This document shows positions 54,401 to 64,000 of a stretch of DNA of 64,000 nucleotides, piece by piece; positions within the stretch are counted from its first letter, which is position 1, and the number at the start of each line of letters is the position of its first letter. Location of the stretch: NCBI RefSeq assembly GCF_001194135.2, contig NC_068984.1:52181334-52245333 (forward strand). The letters run 5' to 3'. Source of the stretch: Octopus bimaculoides (taxonomy: Eukaryota). The position numbers were made by a program, and so were the translations under genes. A model generated the notes under the pieces. It saw only the letters and a program-made list of their open reading frames with translations. It did no database searches and was not told the origin of the DNA.

Positions 54401-57400
54401 GCGCCGTGATCTCTAGCACAAACCAAAGATCCCCAAAATGTCCAATGCCATTCTCTGCATATTTGGTTTTATATCAGAGTGACCTTCTCCTAGAGACATG
54501 CTTCAACAAAAGCTGAGGGGCGCCTCACTCCCAGTGGTCTTTCAGCACACTGGACACCATCCCAAAATTTCTGCGTACCCGTGCTATTGCTAGACAGCCA
54601 TTGAGCCTGCACTAGGTCCATCCGAGCTTTCAACAGGTCTTGTTTTTAATCCTGCCGGGTTTTTAGCAACCCTCCTCACCAGGGTAGCCTGGTAGGGGTG
54701 CCAGTTTAGTCGCCAGCAACCCGACCATGCAACAGGTTGTACTGGATTACATGTTACCAGTAGCACTTATGAGAGCCTCATACGTGACCTGACATACATA
54801 CATACATACATACCAATGTATGATAAGGAATTTAGTGATAAGAACATTTGTGGGTGCCACCTTAGTGTATGACCTACTCGCCATATACATTTTAGCATGC
54901 AGTCTACCTCTACTACAAGAATTTTATACTACAGGATGATATAACAAGTTGAATATTATTAAATAACGATTAATTATTAATGACATACAGTTGATCATAT
55001 AAATCTTAATTAAAGTTTGAATCCTTTAATGTGACACACTTCGTACAGCATTTTGGAATGCTACAAACAAATCTACAGCATCTTTTCTCAGTACTTTCTA
55101 GCAACTGTGATCAATGTGTAACTAGAAAAGCTCACTACTGATACTTAGAGGGCTAAAATAGGTAAGCACAGGTAATAAATTCATAACATGAAAGGTCACA
55201 AAACCAGCTGAGATTTCAGTAGACACATCAGGTCATTTTACTGAGTTGACTACAGCTACTGTGGTAGATAATATGCGAAAGTAGCAACTGTTTATGTATT
55301 TCTGCTATGACAAATGTTATCAAATGTAAAAATAACATTTGTAGTTTCATATTTAATTTTACAACAAACTGCAGAAAGACTGACATAATAGCTATTTGCA
55401 AATATAAAGAAAGCATATATGAAAATGCAGATGTAACTGAGTGCAAGAAAAACATATGAAAAAATGATCTACTTCATTTGTCCTTTCTGATGAAAACGAA
55501 TCGAATGACAATCTTGTAAAGAAAGAAAGACACATATGAATCAGCTTACCTTTGCCTCCAGCTCGTTTTTTCTTGTTTTTGTTCATTTTATTATTCATCA
55601 TATCATTGCTTTCACAAGGTATTGTGCAAGCTAATGTTTTCTCTTTTTTACCACAATTACTTCCTGTTCTCCGGCCAATTTTTTTACCAGATCCACAGGC
55701 ACCCTCATTTGCTTTACATTCATCAAAAACCCATTTGGAACAATTTTTTCCTACAAAATAAAAGAAAGTATGCATTTTAAGTTAATTTTTTTTTCTATAA
55801 CTGGCCATTATGTTTCAGATATGAAAAAATAATTTTAGTTGAAGAAAATATACAATGCTAAATGCCCATACACTAAAATACAATATAACTTCCAAAAGTA
55901 ATGTAAAGTTAAAACATATTTCTATGCAGTGAAATGGAGACAATGCATATCTGAAGTGGAAAAATAGAAACATGATTTACTTATTTCTCTTGGTGAAGAA
56001 TCTTATTTGTATATTAGCAACAACTAAACCATTTTCCTTCAGTAAAGTGAAGACTGGAGATATTTAATGTAGTGGAGCAAGAAATTTTAGATAATTAAAA
56101 TTATTTAAAAACAGGATCACTAGGAAGTGTGTTAGAGTATTGTCAGTACAATGTAAACTGAGGGTATGCTTTGGTCTTGTTAGACCTCATTAGCAAAACA
56201 CAGTCTAACTGTTATTGCCAGATCTTAGATGACTAGAGATGTATGTAGAATTTTAGAGAATGAGCACTGATTAGCATGATGATTTAAAAGAATGACTGCT
56301 GGGTTGGGAATACCAAGGATGCTTAACAATTTACCTTTAGTCTATCTCCACTTCATTTCACAGATAAACATGTGAGAGTACCCAATAATAACAAATGCAA
56401 ATAAATTATTCACTTGAAATTTTGTTCCAACAGATTATACATATCTAAATTTCTAACTTAAATATAAACTACCTTCACGGTGGTGCTCCAGCATGGCCGC
56501 AGCCACTTGGCTGAAACCCATAAATAAAATAAAATAACTAGAAGCATTTATATTAAAATCACACTGTTAACAAAATAACAAATACCGAATGGAACTAGCT
56601 AACAGATAATAGAGGTTCTAAAATGCCTCATCACATAAAAATATTATTTCAAATTTTGACAAAAGGCCAATAATTTCAGGGGAGGAGATGGTGAGTTGAT
56701 TACACTGGCCCAATACTCAACTGGGCCCCAAAAGGATAAACGACGAAGTCAACCTAGGTGGAATTTCAACTCAGAATGTGAAGATAGAGGAAATGCTGCT
56801 GAGCTAACAATTCTGCCAGTTCACTGTCTTTGATTGCATAAAAATAAGGTTTAACAGAATTCTTTATATTCTGAAAAGAAACTGTTGTCTTCAACTGAAA
56901 TCATACAATACTTTATTGTGATTAGCCGACAACAGATTTAACTTCCAACATGAAAATCATCATCATCATATTGATGTCCACTTTTCCATGCTTGCATTAG
57001 TTGGATAAAATGTATTGTTGCAGATTTCCTATGGCCAGATGCCTTTCCTGTTGCCAAACCTCACTTATTTCCAGAGAAGGTAATATTTCCAAGGCTAGAC
57101 ATGATCTCATGGAATAGTGGAAGTCAAAGATATTGCTTCTATGACTGTGACAATCATTTAAAGTGATGCCAAAACAGAGAGAAACAAACGTCCATACACC
57201 CACACTCCAACACACACATAGATGTGTATTCTAAACACACACATACACACACACACATGTACATACAAAACAGTTTCTATCAGTCAAATCTACTTGCAAG
57301 TCTACTGTTGACCTGTGATTATAGTAGAAATCCAAGGTGCCACACATGCATAAACACACTACATAAAGGTAAAGTAAGTTATCTCCTTAAGTCACACCAG

Positions 57401-58224
57401 TTCATAAGGGCTGGTTTTCTGGTTTCATGGCATATATATTCCCTACCTAGATAGGATGCTGGTCTGTTGCAGGATTACTCATTTTTGCCAGCTGAGTAGA
57501 CTCGAACAATGTAAAATGAAGTGTTTTGCTCAAGAACACAATATGTTGCCTGGTCCAAGAATCGAAACTACAATCTTATGATCATGAGTCCAACACCCTA
57601 ACTACAAAGCCATGTGCCTCCACAAACACACTACATTCACAACACACACACACACACACGTTCACAAATTTGAATACCAATTACAGACATCAAGGCAACC
57701 TAAAACTCTATACCCATAAGCTAAAGAAAAAGAAATATCAGAAAATACTCTTTTGAAACAGAAGACTTGACTAACTAAATAATTTCTAAATAATTCTAAG
57801 TAATCATGACATGTATAACAAATTTTAAATATATTTTTCATAAGTAACATATATGACTAGCTAAATAAGCTCCAAGCAAAGAACTCTAAATCAACTTAAC
57901 TAGTACAATAAGCTTTAAGCCATTAACCTAAGTTGAATGATTAACATTCTTAGAATATCTTTTTTTATAAATTTCAAAATATCAAGCTTAGATCAAATCT
58001 GAAACATTAAAAAGGAAAAAAACACTAAAATTATATGCAACAGCAATTCACAAATGTTTCAATATATAACATGATTAATCAAAATATATTTTGTAGAATA
58101 TTTTCATGATAATCTGCTTACTTTTTAATGCAGCTGCTGGTTTGTCTACTTGTTGGGCTTTAGCTACATCTGTCATTCCAAAAGAGACAGACAGAATACA
58201 TGTAATAATCCACAGGAATTTCAT
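21781..58224 (-). CDS. PTN: Pleiotrophin/midkine-family secreted heparin-binding protein, multi-domain (SP + N-domain + 4 C-domains + divergent terminal domain); join of 7 exons, 334 aa
   Basis: Exons 58224-58122, 55750-55550, 41017-40877, 37185-37051, 25322-25173, 23756-23610 and 21908-21781 join via GT-AG phase-1 introns into one ORF of 1005 nt. Protein: [334 protein letters not shown]. The symbol is family-level (equally related to PTN and MDK, cf. Drosophila miple). Further small exons in the large introns cannot be excluded. Confidence 0.9.
22621..23160. mobile_element. Cluster of tRNA-head/CORE-like SINE pieces (family D) in opposite orientations
   Basis: Head 22621-22740(+) with ccttgagcaagacact; inverted 3' body at about 22795-22916(-); body at about 22920-23160(+). 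Same family at 57480-57620(-) and 60782-60905(+). Confidence 0.75.
23524..23607 (-). repeat. Compound trinucleotide microsatellite (AAG)6(TAG/CAG)n at the exon 6 donor
   Basis: Directly after G|GT on the minus strand: aag x6, tag tag tac tag tag, cag x4, tag x6, cag caa cag... Confidence 0.95.
23610..23756 (-). CDS. PTN: PTN/MK-like exon 6: C-domain repeat 4
   Basis: attctag|GT...AAAG|GTAAGA, 147 nt. [11 protein letters not shown]-20-C-9-C. Not in the ORF track. Confidence 0.93.
24295..24490 (+). repeat. Dispersed repeat family C (SINE-like), representative copy
   Basis: tttcagtcatt.gactgcg.ccatgctgg.gcacc...ttttagtc.aa...ttatggggat.taaaca.acc. Copies at about 950-1110(-), 6795-6960, 7275-7445, 8330-8453, 9495-9610(-). 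Confidence 0.8.
25173..25322 (-). CDS. PTN: PTN/MK-like exon 5: C-domain repeat 3
   Basis: gtttgtag|AT...AAAG|GTATGT, 150 nt. [12 protein letters not shown]...C-9-C. An alternative in-phase donor is possible at 25190. Confidence 0.92.
25935..26315 (+). mobile_element. tRNA-derived SINE family A, near full length
   Basis: Head catggctgtgtagttaagaagtttgct...gttcaatacc (A/B-box-like), accttgagcaagtgtctt core, tail aggaaggacatc...catggacaagtggac. Other copies: about 7474-7632(-), 8716-8848(-), 24862-25012(-), 832-870(+); tails at 52140-52270(+), 56960-57110(-). Confidence 0.8.
27430..27690 (+). mobile_element. RTE/BovB-like LINE 5'-UTR fragment
   Basis: Motifs gtacctcaatgacccc, caggtcaaa..tagaggccagacaaa and gctacagaaaca resemble RTE 5' UTRs as I recall them. 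Confidence 0.4.
28547..29072. mobile_element. hAT-type MITE
   Basis: TIRs CAGAGGTTGCCAAA / TTTGGCAACCTCTT; perfect 8-bp TSD GTATAGGT at 28539-28546 and 29073-29080. Confidence 0.88.
30184..30404 (-). mobile_element. Mariner-derived non-autonomous element
   Basis: TIRs ggggtgttgaaagattcctggctt / aagccaggaactttttagcacccc. The internal minus-strand [18 protein letters not shown] matches the mariner transposase C-terminus. Confidence 0.8.
36103..36411. other. Assembly gap within (TA)n, in PTN-like intron 4
   Basis: N run flanked by (TA)n. Confidence 1.
37051..37185 (-). CDS. PTN: PTN/MK-like exon 4: C-domain repeat 2
   Basis: gtttgtag|CA...TTAA|GTAAGT, 135 nt. [12 protein letters not shown]...KTR...C-9-C. 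Confidence 0.93.
40877..41017 (-). CDS. PTN: PTN/MK-like exon 3: C-domain repeat 1
   Basis: ttgttacag|AA...AAGG|GTAAGT, 141 nt. [11 protein letters not shown]-20-C-9-C pattern. Not in the ORF track. Confidence 0.93.
41145..41360 (+). repeat. Dispersed repeat family B (SINE-like), representative copy
   Basis: ggcacaaggcc...atcgaccccagtac...aaaggatgaaaggcaaagtcaacct...gaatttgaactcagaac. Copies at about 3745-3900(-), 5670-5880, 7885-8010, 8900-9115, 18685-18840(-), 26870-27080, 32230-32420, 39165-39380, 50630-50830(-), 51055-51260, 51280-51495, 51520-51725(-), 56640-56830, 63750-63850. Confidence 0.85.
51960..52110 (+). repeat. Degenerate minisatellite, unit about 27 bp
   Basis: About five units of gtgccagt.acacataaaaggcacccat, immediately upstream of a family-A tail. 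Confidence 0.6.
53960..54200 (-). mobile_element. Penelope-like terminal-repeat fragment carrying a decayed minimal hammerhead motif
   Basis: GACAC-TTGATAA-A-GGCTG-GAGGGTATAT-CAGCC-GAAA-TGTT-GTGTT at 54122-54077. Confidence 0.5.
54240..54794 (-). mobile_element. Retroelement 5'-UTR-like repeat (RTE-type), copy 2
   Basis: Homologous to 12140-12600. Contains ggagaaggtcactctgatataaaacc, resembling RTE 5'-UTR motifs, and several hairpins. Begins at (TATG)n. Confidence 0.5.
55550..55750 (-). CDS. PTN: PTN/MK-like exon 2: N-terminal domain (6 Cys) plus Lys-rich linker
   Basis: tttgtag|GA...AAAG|GTAAGC, 201 nt. Cys spacing C-7-C-6-C-13-C-8-C-3-C is identical to the human pleiotrophin N-domain, with conserved W, CG-G, R-G and IPC. 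Confidence 0.95.
58122..58224 (-). CDS. PTN: PTN/MK-like coding exon 1: signal peptide
   Basis: Acceptor tatttcag then CATC-ATG (exon starts 58228, so a non-coding exon lies further upstream). Encodes [23 protein letters not shown]|[11 protein letters not shown]: basic n-region, hydrophobic core, A-X-A cleavage motif. Ends A|GTAAGC, phase 1. Too short for the ORF track. Confidence 0.85.
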
Positions 58225-58367
58225 GATGCTGAAATATAAAGAAATAGATAAATTAATTAATCAGTTAATTTGAAAAAGAAACATCAACTTCATGAGTTTT
58301 GCTCCTCTACACCAGGAGATCTTCAATTAACTATAGATTTAGCATTTTCTTCTGAGCACTACAGGAT

Positions 58368-58415
<48 letters not shown>

Positions 58416-58828
58416 AACTCTGTATCGACAAGTACACATTAAGTATGAGACTGTCTTGATCTTTGAGAAAAAGCAATGAAATCTTTCTCAAATCTCAGCC
58501 TATCATCTTTTAGAAAAGGAAGAACATCAGATAAAATTAGTCTTCCCAGATACATAGCACAAAACAAAAAAGACTGAAGAGTTATTGGCTGAAGTAACTT
58601 ACATTAGAGTTCTCAATCAGATATGACCTGACGCTAAAGAACAACAACAAGTATGATAGATGAACCAACAAGAGAGTCCTCTAAGCAGTCACTCAATAAG
58701 CTACAAATACCTGCCAATTCTCCCTCAAATCACACTCTACTGTCTGAAACAGTGGTTCTCAACCATTTTTTTTACTTATAGACCTCTTTAGACTGTTTTA
58801 ATTCTTATTTTACTTAGGAGGAGGGGAG

Positions 58829-59427
58829 TCAGATGAAGATGGAAGGGGAGTTGAGCCCATATGGCACAAAGGAGTGAAGAGAGAAGATTAATTCCTGTTC
58901 ACAGCGAAGGCAGGAGTCTGGATGGACTCTGTGCAAAGACAATCCAAACACAGACAGGTGTTGTAATGAATGACTGGTAGAGCGGAAATGGTGCAAGACC
59001 AGGGTCTCATTGCCGAGTCTAATGTCTCGGGGGTACTCCGCGAACCGATCAGCCAAGCGGCGTCCCGTTTGACCGATGCACAGAGAAGGGCAGAAAGAGC
59101 AGGAGGTACAGTAAATGATGTTGCTAGAAGTGCAGGTAAAGGAGTCAGTGATATGATTGGTACGATGATGAATACCTGTGAGGATGGTGGTATTGGAGAG
59201 GTAGGGGAAAGTGGGCAAATGTAACGGCGCGGGCGGGAGCACAGGAACGAACCAGGCTGGGAGGTGGGGTTAGGGAAGAAACTGTGGACCAAGAGGTCAC
59301 GTAGGTTGTGGGCTCATTTGAAGGAGGGAAGGGTAGGTTGGGGAAGATGTACGAAGTGGAAGGGTCGGACTGGAATCACCGGAAGGCTTGGAGCTTGATG
59401 CGTTGGAGGGGCAGGGTGGAATAGATA
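58829..59427 (-). mobile_element. Penelope-like element 3' fragment (RT linker + GIY-YIG endonuclease), frameshifted
   Basis: FTCTSSNIIYC..C..C..L(C)IGQTGRRLADRFAE...HF...HS....EQELIFSL....GLN, preceded by NLRDLLVHS; characteristic PLE GIY-YIG domain. Confidence 0.9.
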
Positions 59428-59835
59428 TAATTATAAGGGCAACTACTGGGTAGCGCCACATGCTAGTAGAAGATGCCAAATGGCTCTAAAACTACCTAAT
59501 TTGTGTGTGTGTGTGTGCATAAAATCAAGAAAATCTTTACCAAGTAGCAAGCATATAATAAGACCATATAGTTAACAATACAAAATATATAGTTATATAG
59601 ATATGATTATAAAAAGAGTACTAATGAGTTGCGTCACATGCTAGAAATAGATGCCAATGGCTCAAAGAATTACATTATTTACCACATTGGCACGGGCTGA
59701 AAGCGAGAGAAGTGAACAAAAAAGATTAAATTATGTTGTTCTTAGAGCCATTGGCGTCTATTTCTAGCATGTGGCGCTACTCATTAGTGCCCTTATTATA
59801 ATTATATTTATATAATTATTTTGTGTGTGTGTGTG

Positions 59836-59919
<84 letters not shown>

Positions 59920-59925
59920 GAGAGG

Positions 59926-59956
<31 letters not shown>

Positions 59957-60781
59957 GGAGGGAGAGAGAGATTGTGTGTGTATATATATATATTATATAT
60001 ATGTATAAGTATTTATCTATACATCTCCCTCCCTCTCTCTCTCTCTGTATATATATATATATTGAATAGATAGATAGATACATACATACATACACACATA
60101 CATACATACATGGACACACACATGCACACACACACACACACACATACTCACAGACATGCATCCACATCAATACCTCGATTAACAAAATTAATGTTCCTCT
60201 TTTTAAAATTTCTTTGTTATCAGGTAAAGGCAAAAACAGTTTTCATGCAGATTAGGTTTTTTTTTTATTAATTATTGAAATAAATGTAAATTTACATTAC
60301 AGCATGTCTACAAAGGAAAAAATCGTTTCAACAAATTTATATATATAATTCAATCAAAAGCATGATACACTTTCTTTATTTCATCAAACACACACAGACA
60401 CCACACATACACATGCATACATTTATATGATAAGTACCACATGCCTTACTATAAACACTACTTGCTCTGATATACAGTACACACATGCACGCATGCACTT
60501 ACCCGTACACACACACACACATTAATATGCGAAATATTTCACGCACAAAACTCTTTGAACATTATATACGCTCACAGGCAAATACCCACATAAAGTGATA
60601 CCAGTTTCCTTTTGGACAAACTCAACACAAATAACACAGATGTATACACACACCCATCCATTTGTCAGCTCCTGATTCCCCAACCCTACACACACACATA
60701 CACATACAAAAAACAAGCGTTTTCCATACATCCGCTGTTCACTTTCATCTCACACATAACAGACATAATAAACCCTTTGAA

Positions 60782-60905
60782 GACACGTGGTTAAGTGGTT
60801 AGGACAATCGGCTCACGAGCGTAAAGTTGTGAGTTCGATTCCCAGCCGCGCGTTGTGTCCTTGAGCAAGACACTATATTTCATGTTGCTTTAGTCCACTC
60901 AGCTG
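60782..60905 (+). mobile_element. SINE family D tRNA-like head
   Basis: A-box TGGTTAAGTGG, B-box GTTCGATTCC, then gtgtccttgagcaagacact; CpGs retained. Confidence 0.8.
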
Positions 60906-60909
60906 AAGA

Positions 60910-61800
60910 AAAGCATTGCTACCAAGTTATAGAGGAAGAAGAAGTGTGAAAATACGTATTTCCAGAGTTACACCAGAAATTAAACCAGAGTGGTTGGTTG
61001 CAACAGTGCTGGCTGCGACCAAGGAGGAGCCGGAATTGGGACCAGTGGCGAAATCAAAAGTGCGCAAATGGTGGGGATTTGGACTCGAAATGTGGCTTTT
61101 TGCCACATTCGAGGACATAGAAAGAATTCCCTACCAGATAGAAGTGGAGGATGAGAGAACGTTAAATGTTGTAGTCGAGGGAAGGAAACCAATTGCTACA
61201 TATGCGGGGAAAGAGATCATATGAAGACCAAATGCCCCCTATATGAGTTCACACAGCCACAGCAAAAGAAAGCACAAGCAAAGGAGGAAAACATTGTAGA
61301 CCACACACTGAGGAAATGAAAGAGAGACAGAAGTGTGAAACAGAGAAAACAAAGGAGAACGAAAATGGAGCTACTAACCTTAAAAAGCGAAAGAAAAACA
61401 AGTCAAAGGAACGGTCAACAGAAAACAAAAACAAAAAAAAGAGATAGAAAAGCCAGAAACTAATAATGTACAAGAAGAGGAGGAGAGAACGGATAAGGAT
61501 GTTAAATACAAGGGGTTTTTGATAAAGTACGAGAATTGCGAGCAGATGGAGAGAAAAGTCGAGAGGCTGGAGGAAATAATAAGAGTGAAGATGCCGGAGA
61601 AATGCATTTTGATACATGAGGAAAACTACTGGGAGTACATAAAAGAACTTGGTGAAAATATAATAACGAAACGGGTATGGTTGGTGGAGACACCACCCCC
61701 TAGAACTGATTATTTGCAGTTGATAAGGACGGAAGTAACAATTGTTAATGGGAGAAAGGTAACGAGAGTGTTTGAATTTTTTGAGTTACAAAACCGTTAA
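60910..61800 (+). mobile_element. LINE ORF1 (gag-like) relic with zinc knuckle, probably L1/Tx1 clade
   Basis: CYICGERDHMKTKC (CX2CX4HX4C) at 61194-61235, frameshifted from the upstream ...LNVVVEGRKP reading; K/E-rich low-complexity sequence downstream. Confidence 0.75.
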
Positions 61801-64000
61801 AATGTTTACATGACGTTGAACGTAAAAGTGAAAAACTGGATAAATGTAACCACCCGACTTCGGGGATCGAGTGGACATTGTGCCTCATTTTTTTCATTCT
61901 TGCATATTATCATTTTATTTTAATTACCCCGAACCAACAAAGCTAGATATAAACCCAGAATTTCAAAGACTGGAGAACGTAGTCTAGAAACACTGGATAG
62001 GGGCCCAACTCAGCCACTGAGGTTATTTGATCAACTAAAGATACTAGAAGTTGGTCTTCTATTAGTGCTGTAGTTCAACGGCTAACCGAGAGAAATATAA
62101 ATGAAAACTTTAGATATTTTTTTTCAAACAATTTTCAGCTGCAAGTGCTACCAGTTGAAAGCTCTGCATACCGGATGATAGCAAGTTTATGGGTCATCAA
62201 GAGAGAATGTGCGCCATTTTAAGGCTTTCCTCTTGATGGCATTATTGTGCACAGCCCTACTCACCAAGAGGAAGCTAGATCAACTGGTTAGTAGGTTTCG
62301 CTCAATATACAATTAAACTGAGAATTGCCGGTTAAATTTTTTTTTAAAAATAAACTTTGCACCACTATCTTGAATCAATTTTTTTTAATGTGAAATCTCA
62401 TGATAATTGTTGATGCTGTTTTTTCTTCTTATTCTCTAACAATAAACACTAGCTGATGATTGTAGTTAAGGGTGATTGATATTGAGAATGCCCAGCAGAA
62501 TCCTAAGTATAACATCCTGCTATATCAAATCAACATAGTATTTGCTCTTCTGAAAGTCAATAAAATAAGTGTCCTACTAGAGTTGAAATAATTACCGAGA
62601 GAAAGAAGATGGTAGAGAGAGTTTTAAGAACCCTTGATTCCAGCTGCTCCAACATAATTTCTTCTTCTAACTTCTTCACTTCCAAACTGTACTTTAGAAA
62701 CTATAGATTTTGGCATCTGGTCAACTCAAGAGTGCCATAAAACTTGTTCAGAATTGCTTGGTAATCTATGCAGATGACAATAAACACACACACACACAAA
62801 CTCACGCTCACACACAGTCACACATGCACACACACAATTATAAAATCAAGCACGCATAGTATCTGGATTATGTTTCCTTTTTCTTTCTTAATACAAGGAA
62901 ATTGCTCTCATATGATTTTGAGATAGAATTGATGGCACGAAGATAAATTACAAATTCTCTCTCTTCGTCGTATTTAACCAGCGTTTAAAAAATTTTTTTT
63001 TTTATGATCAACTTAGCACCTAACTATTCTGTGGTCGGTAAAAATAAGTAAATATATGATACAAGAATTTAAGGAAGGTTGATGGAGAAAAAAGGTCAAT
63101 GATAAGAGGAAACCAAAATACTAAAAGGAAACTGTTTCTAAGTAAGATAAAGATTGGTAAGAAATATTTCCCGAGGAAAACAAATTGCAAGGAAATTGCG
63201 AATTCAAGTCGAAAACGTATTTTCCAGTAAATCCATTTCTGATAATTTTACCATTATCCCAACTTCTCAAAGCTGGTGCCCATTTCCTCAACAATTTCCT
63301 CTCATCAAACATCTCATCCTGATATATTATTCAACACACTAGCTCCCTTTCCCCAACCACATTAAGCAGCTGATTTTTCTTTCTTTTGGCTTGACCATCA
63401 TCCAATCTGCTTGCTAAGGTCATTCAAATGTAATAAGTTGACAGCTTCTCATTGTTATCTGCCAGCCATTATTATTGGAGTTAAGATAGGGAAGATAAAT
63501 TTGCTATTAAAATAACACGATAAACAAATGAAGAAGAAATCGGTATCTAATTTTATCTGCTCCTTTACAGAAACTTTACCAATTTCCTATATAGGTCTGT
63601 GTACAAACACATGACCCAGTGAGGAAACCTCTAGGGAAATCTCTAGAAATAGCAACCAAGTTTCTCTCAAATCATACTACATATTATTATTATTATTGTT
63701 ATTATTATTTACATCTTTATTGCCCACAGGGAGCTAAACACAGAGGGGACAAACCAAGACAGATAAACGGATTAAGTCGGTTACATCGACCCCTGTGCGT
63801 AACTGGTACTTATTTAATCGACCCCGAAAGGGTGAAAAGCAAAGTTGACCACGATCGTTTCATGAAACTCCATTTAATTGAACAATGCAAACATTACATC
63901 AATTTAAAATGCAGAGCAATCCTCAGCTGCACAAAGACACAGAATTTAATTAAATTAGAACAAATGGACACATTAGTAATAGTTATACCTAAAATCTCCA

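Noticed and set aside
55552-55761. Plus-strand ORF resembling a signal-peptide or membrane protein ([17 protein letters not shown]...)
   Set aside because: It is the antisense reading of the Lys-rich PTN exon 2; the hydrophobicity is a by-product of AAA/AAG codons.
58597-58750. GTAAGT donor at 58602 as the end of the missing 5' non-coding exon
   Set aside because: It lies within a dispersed-repeat remnant and nothing distinguishes it from chance; the 5' UTR exon and TSS remain unlocated.
58888-59479. Overlapping ORFs 58888-59292, 58970-59224 and 59297-59479
   Set aside because: Alternative frames of the frameshifted Penelope-like element.
1-64000. CRISPR arrays, rRNA, prokaryotic or viral systems
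   Set aside because: No regularly spaced repeat-spacer array, rRNA-like sequence or dense ORF block; the window is intron-rich animal DNA.

Overview
AT-rich eukaryotic genomic DNA. The repeat landscape (dense tRNA-derived SINEs, TA/CA/TATG microsatellites, Tx1-, RTE-, R4- and Penelope-type retroelement relics) suggests an octopus or other coleoid cephalopod; this is inference, not a database result. There are three assembly gaps. The one protein-coding gene I can support is on the minus strand (ATG 58224 to TAA 21781, 7 coding exons, 334 aa assembled by hand, all introns GT-AG and phase 1). It encodes a secreted pleiotrophin/midkine-family protein with an expanded architecture: signal peptide, one vertebrate-type 6-Cys N-domain, four tandem 4-Cys C-domains and a divergent fifth domain, one domain per exon. 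Read-through of the exon 6 donor into an (AAG)6(TAG)n microsatellite would give a 299-aa isoform ending GKGKKKKKK*, like the basic tails of vertebrate PTN/MDK. The rest is transposon debris: mariner, pogo/Tigger, hAT and TA-flanked MITEs, LINE relics and SINEs. It includes decayed ribozyme-like motifs (a Penelope-type minimal hammerhead and an HDV-like fold) and several intronic hairpins.
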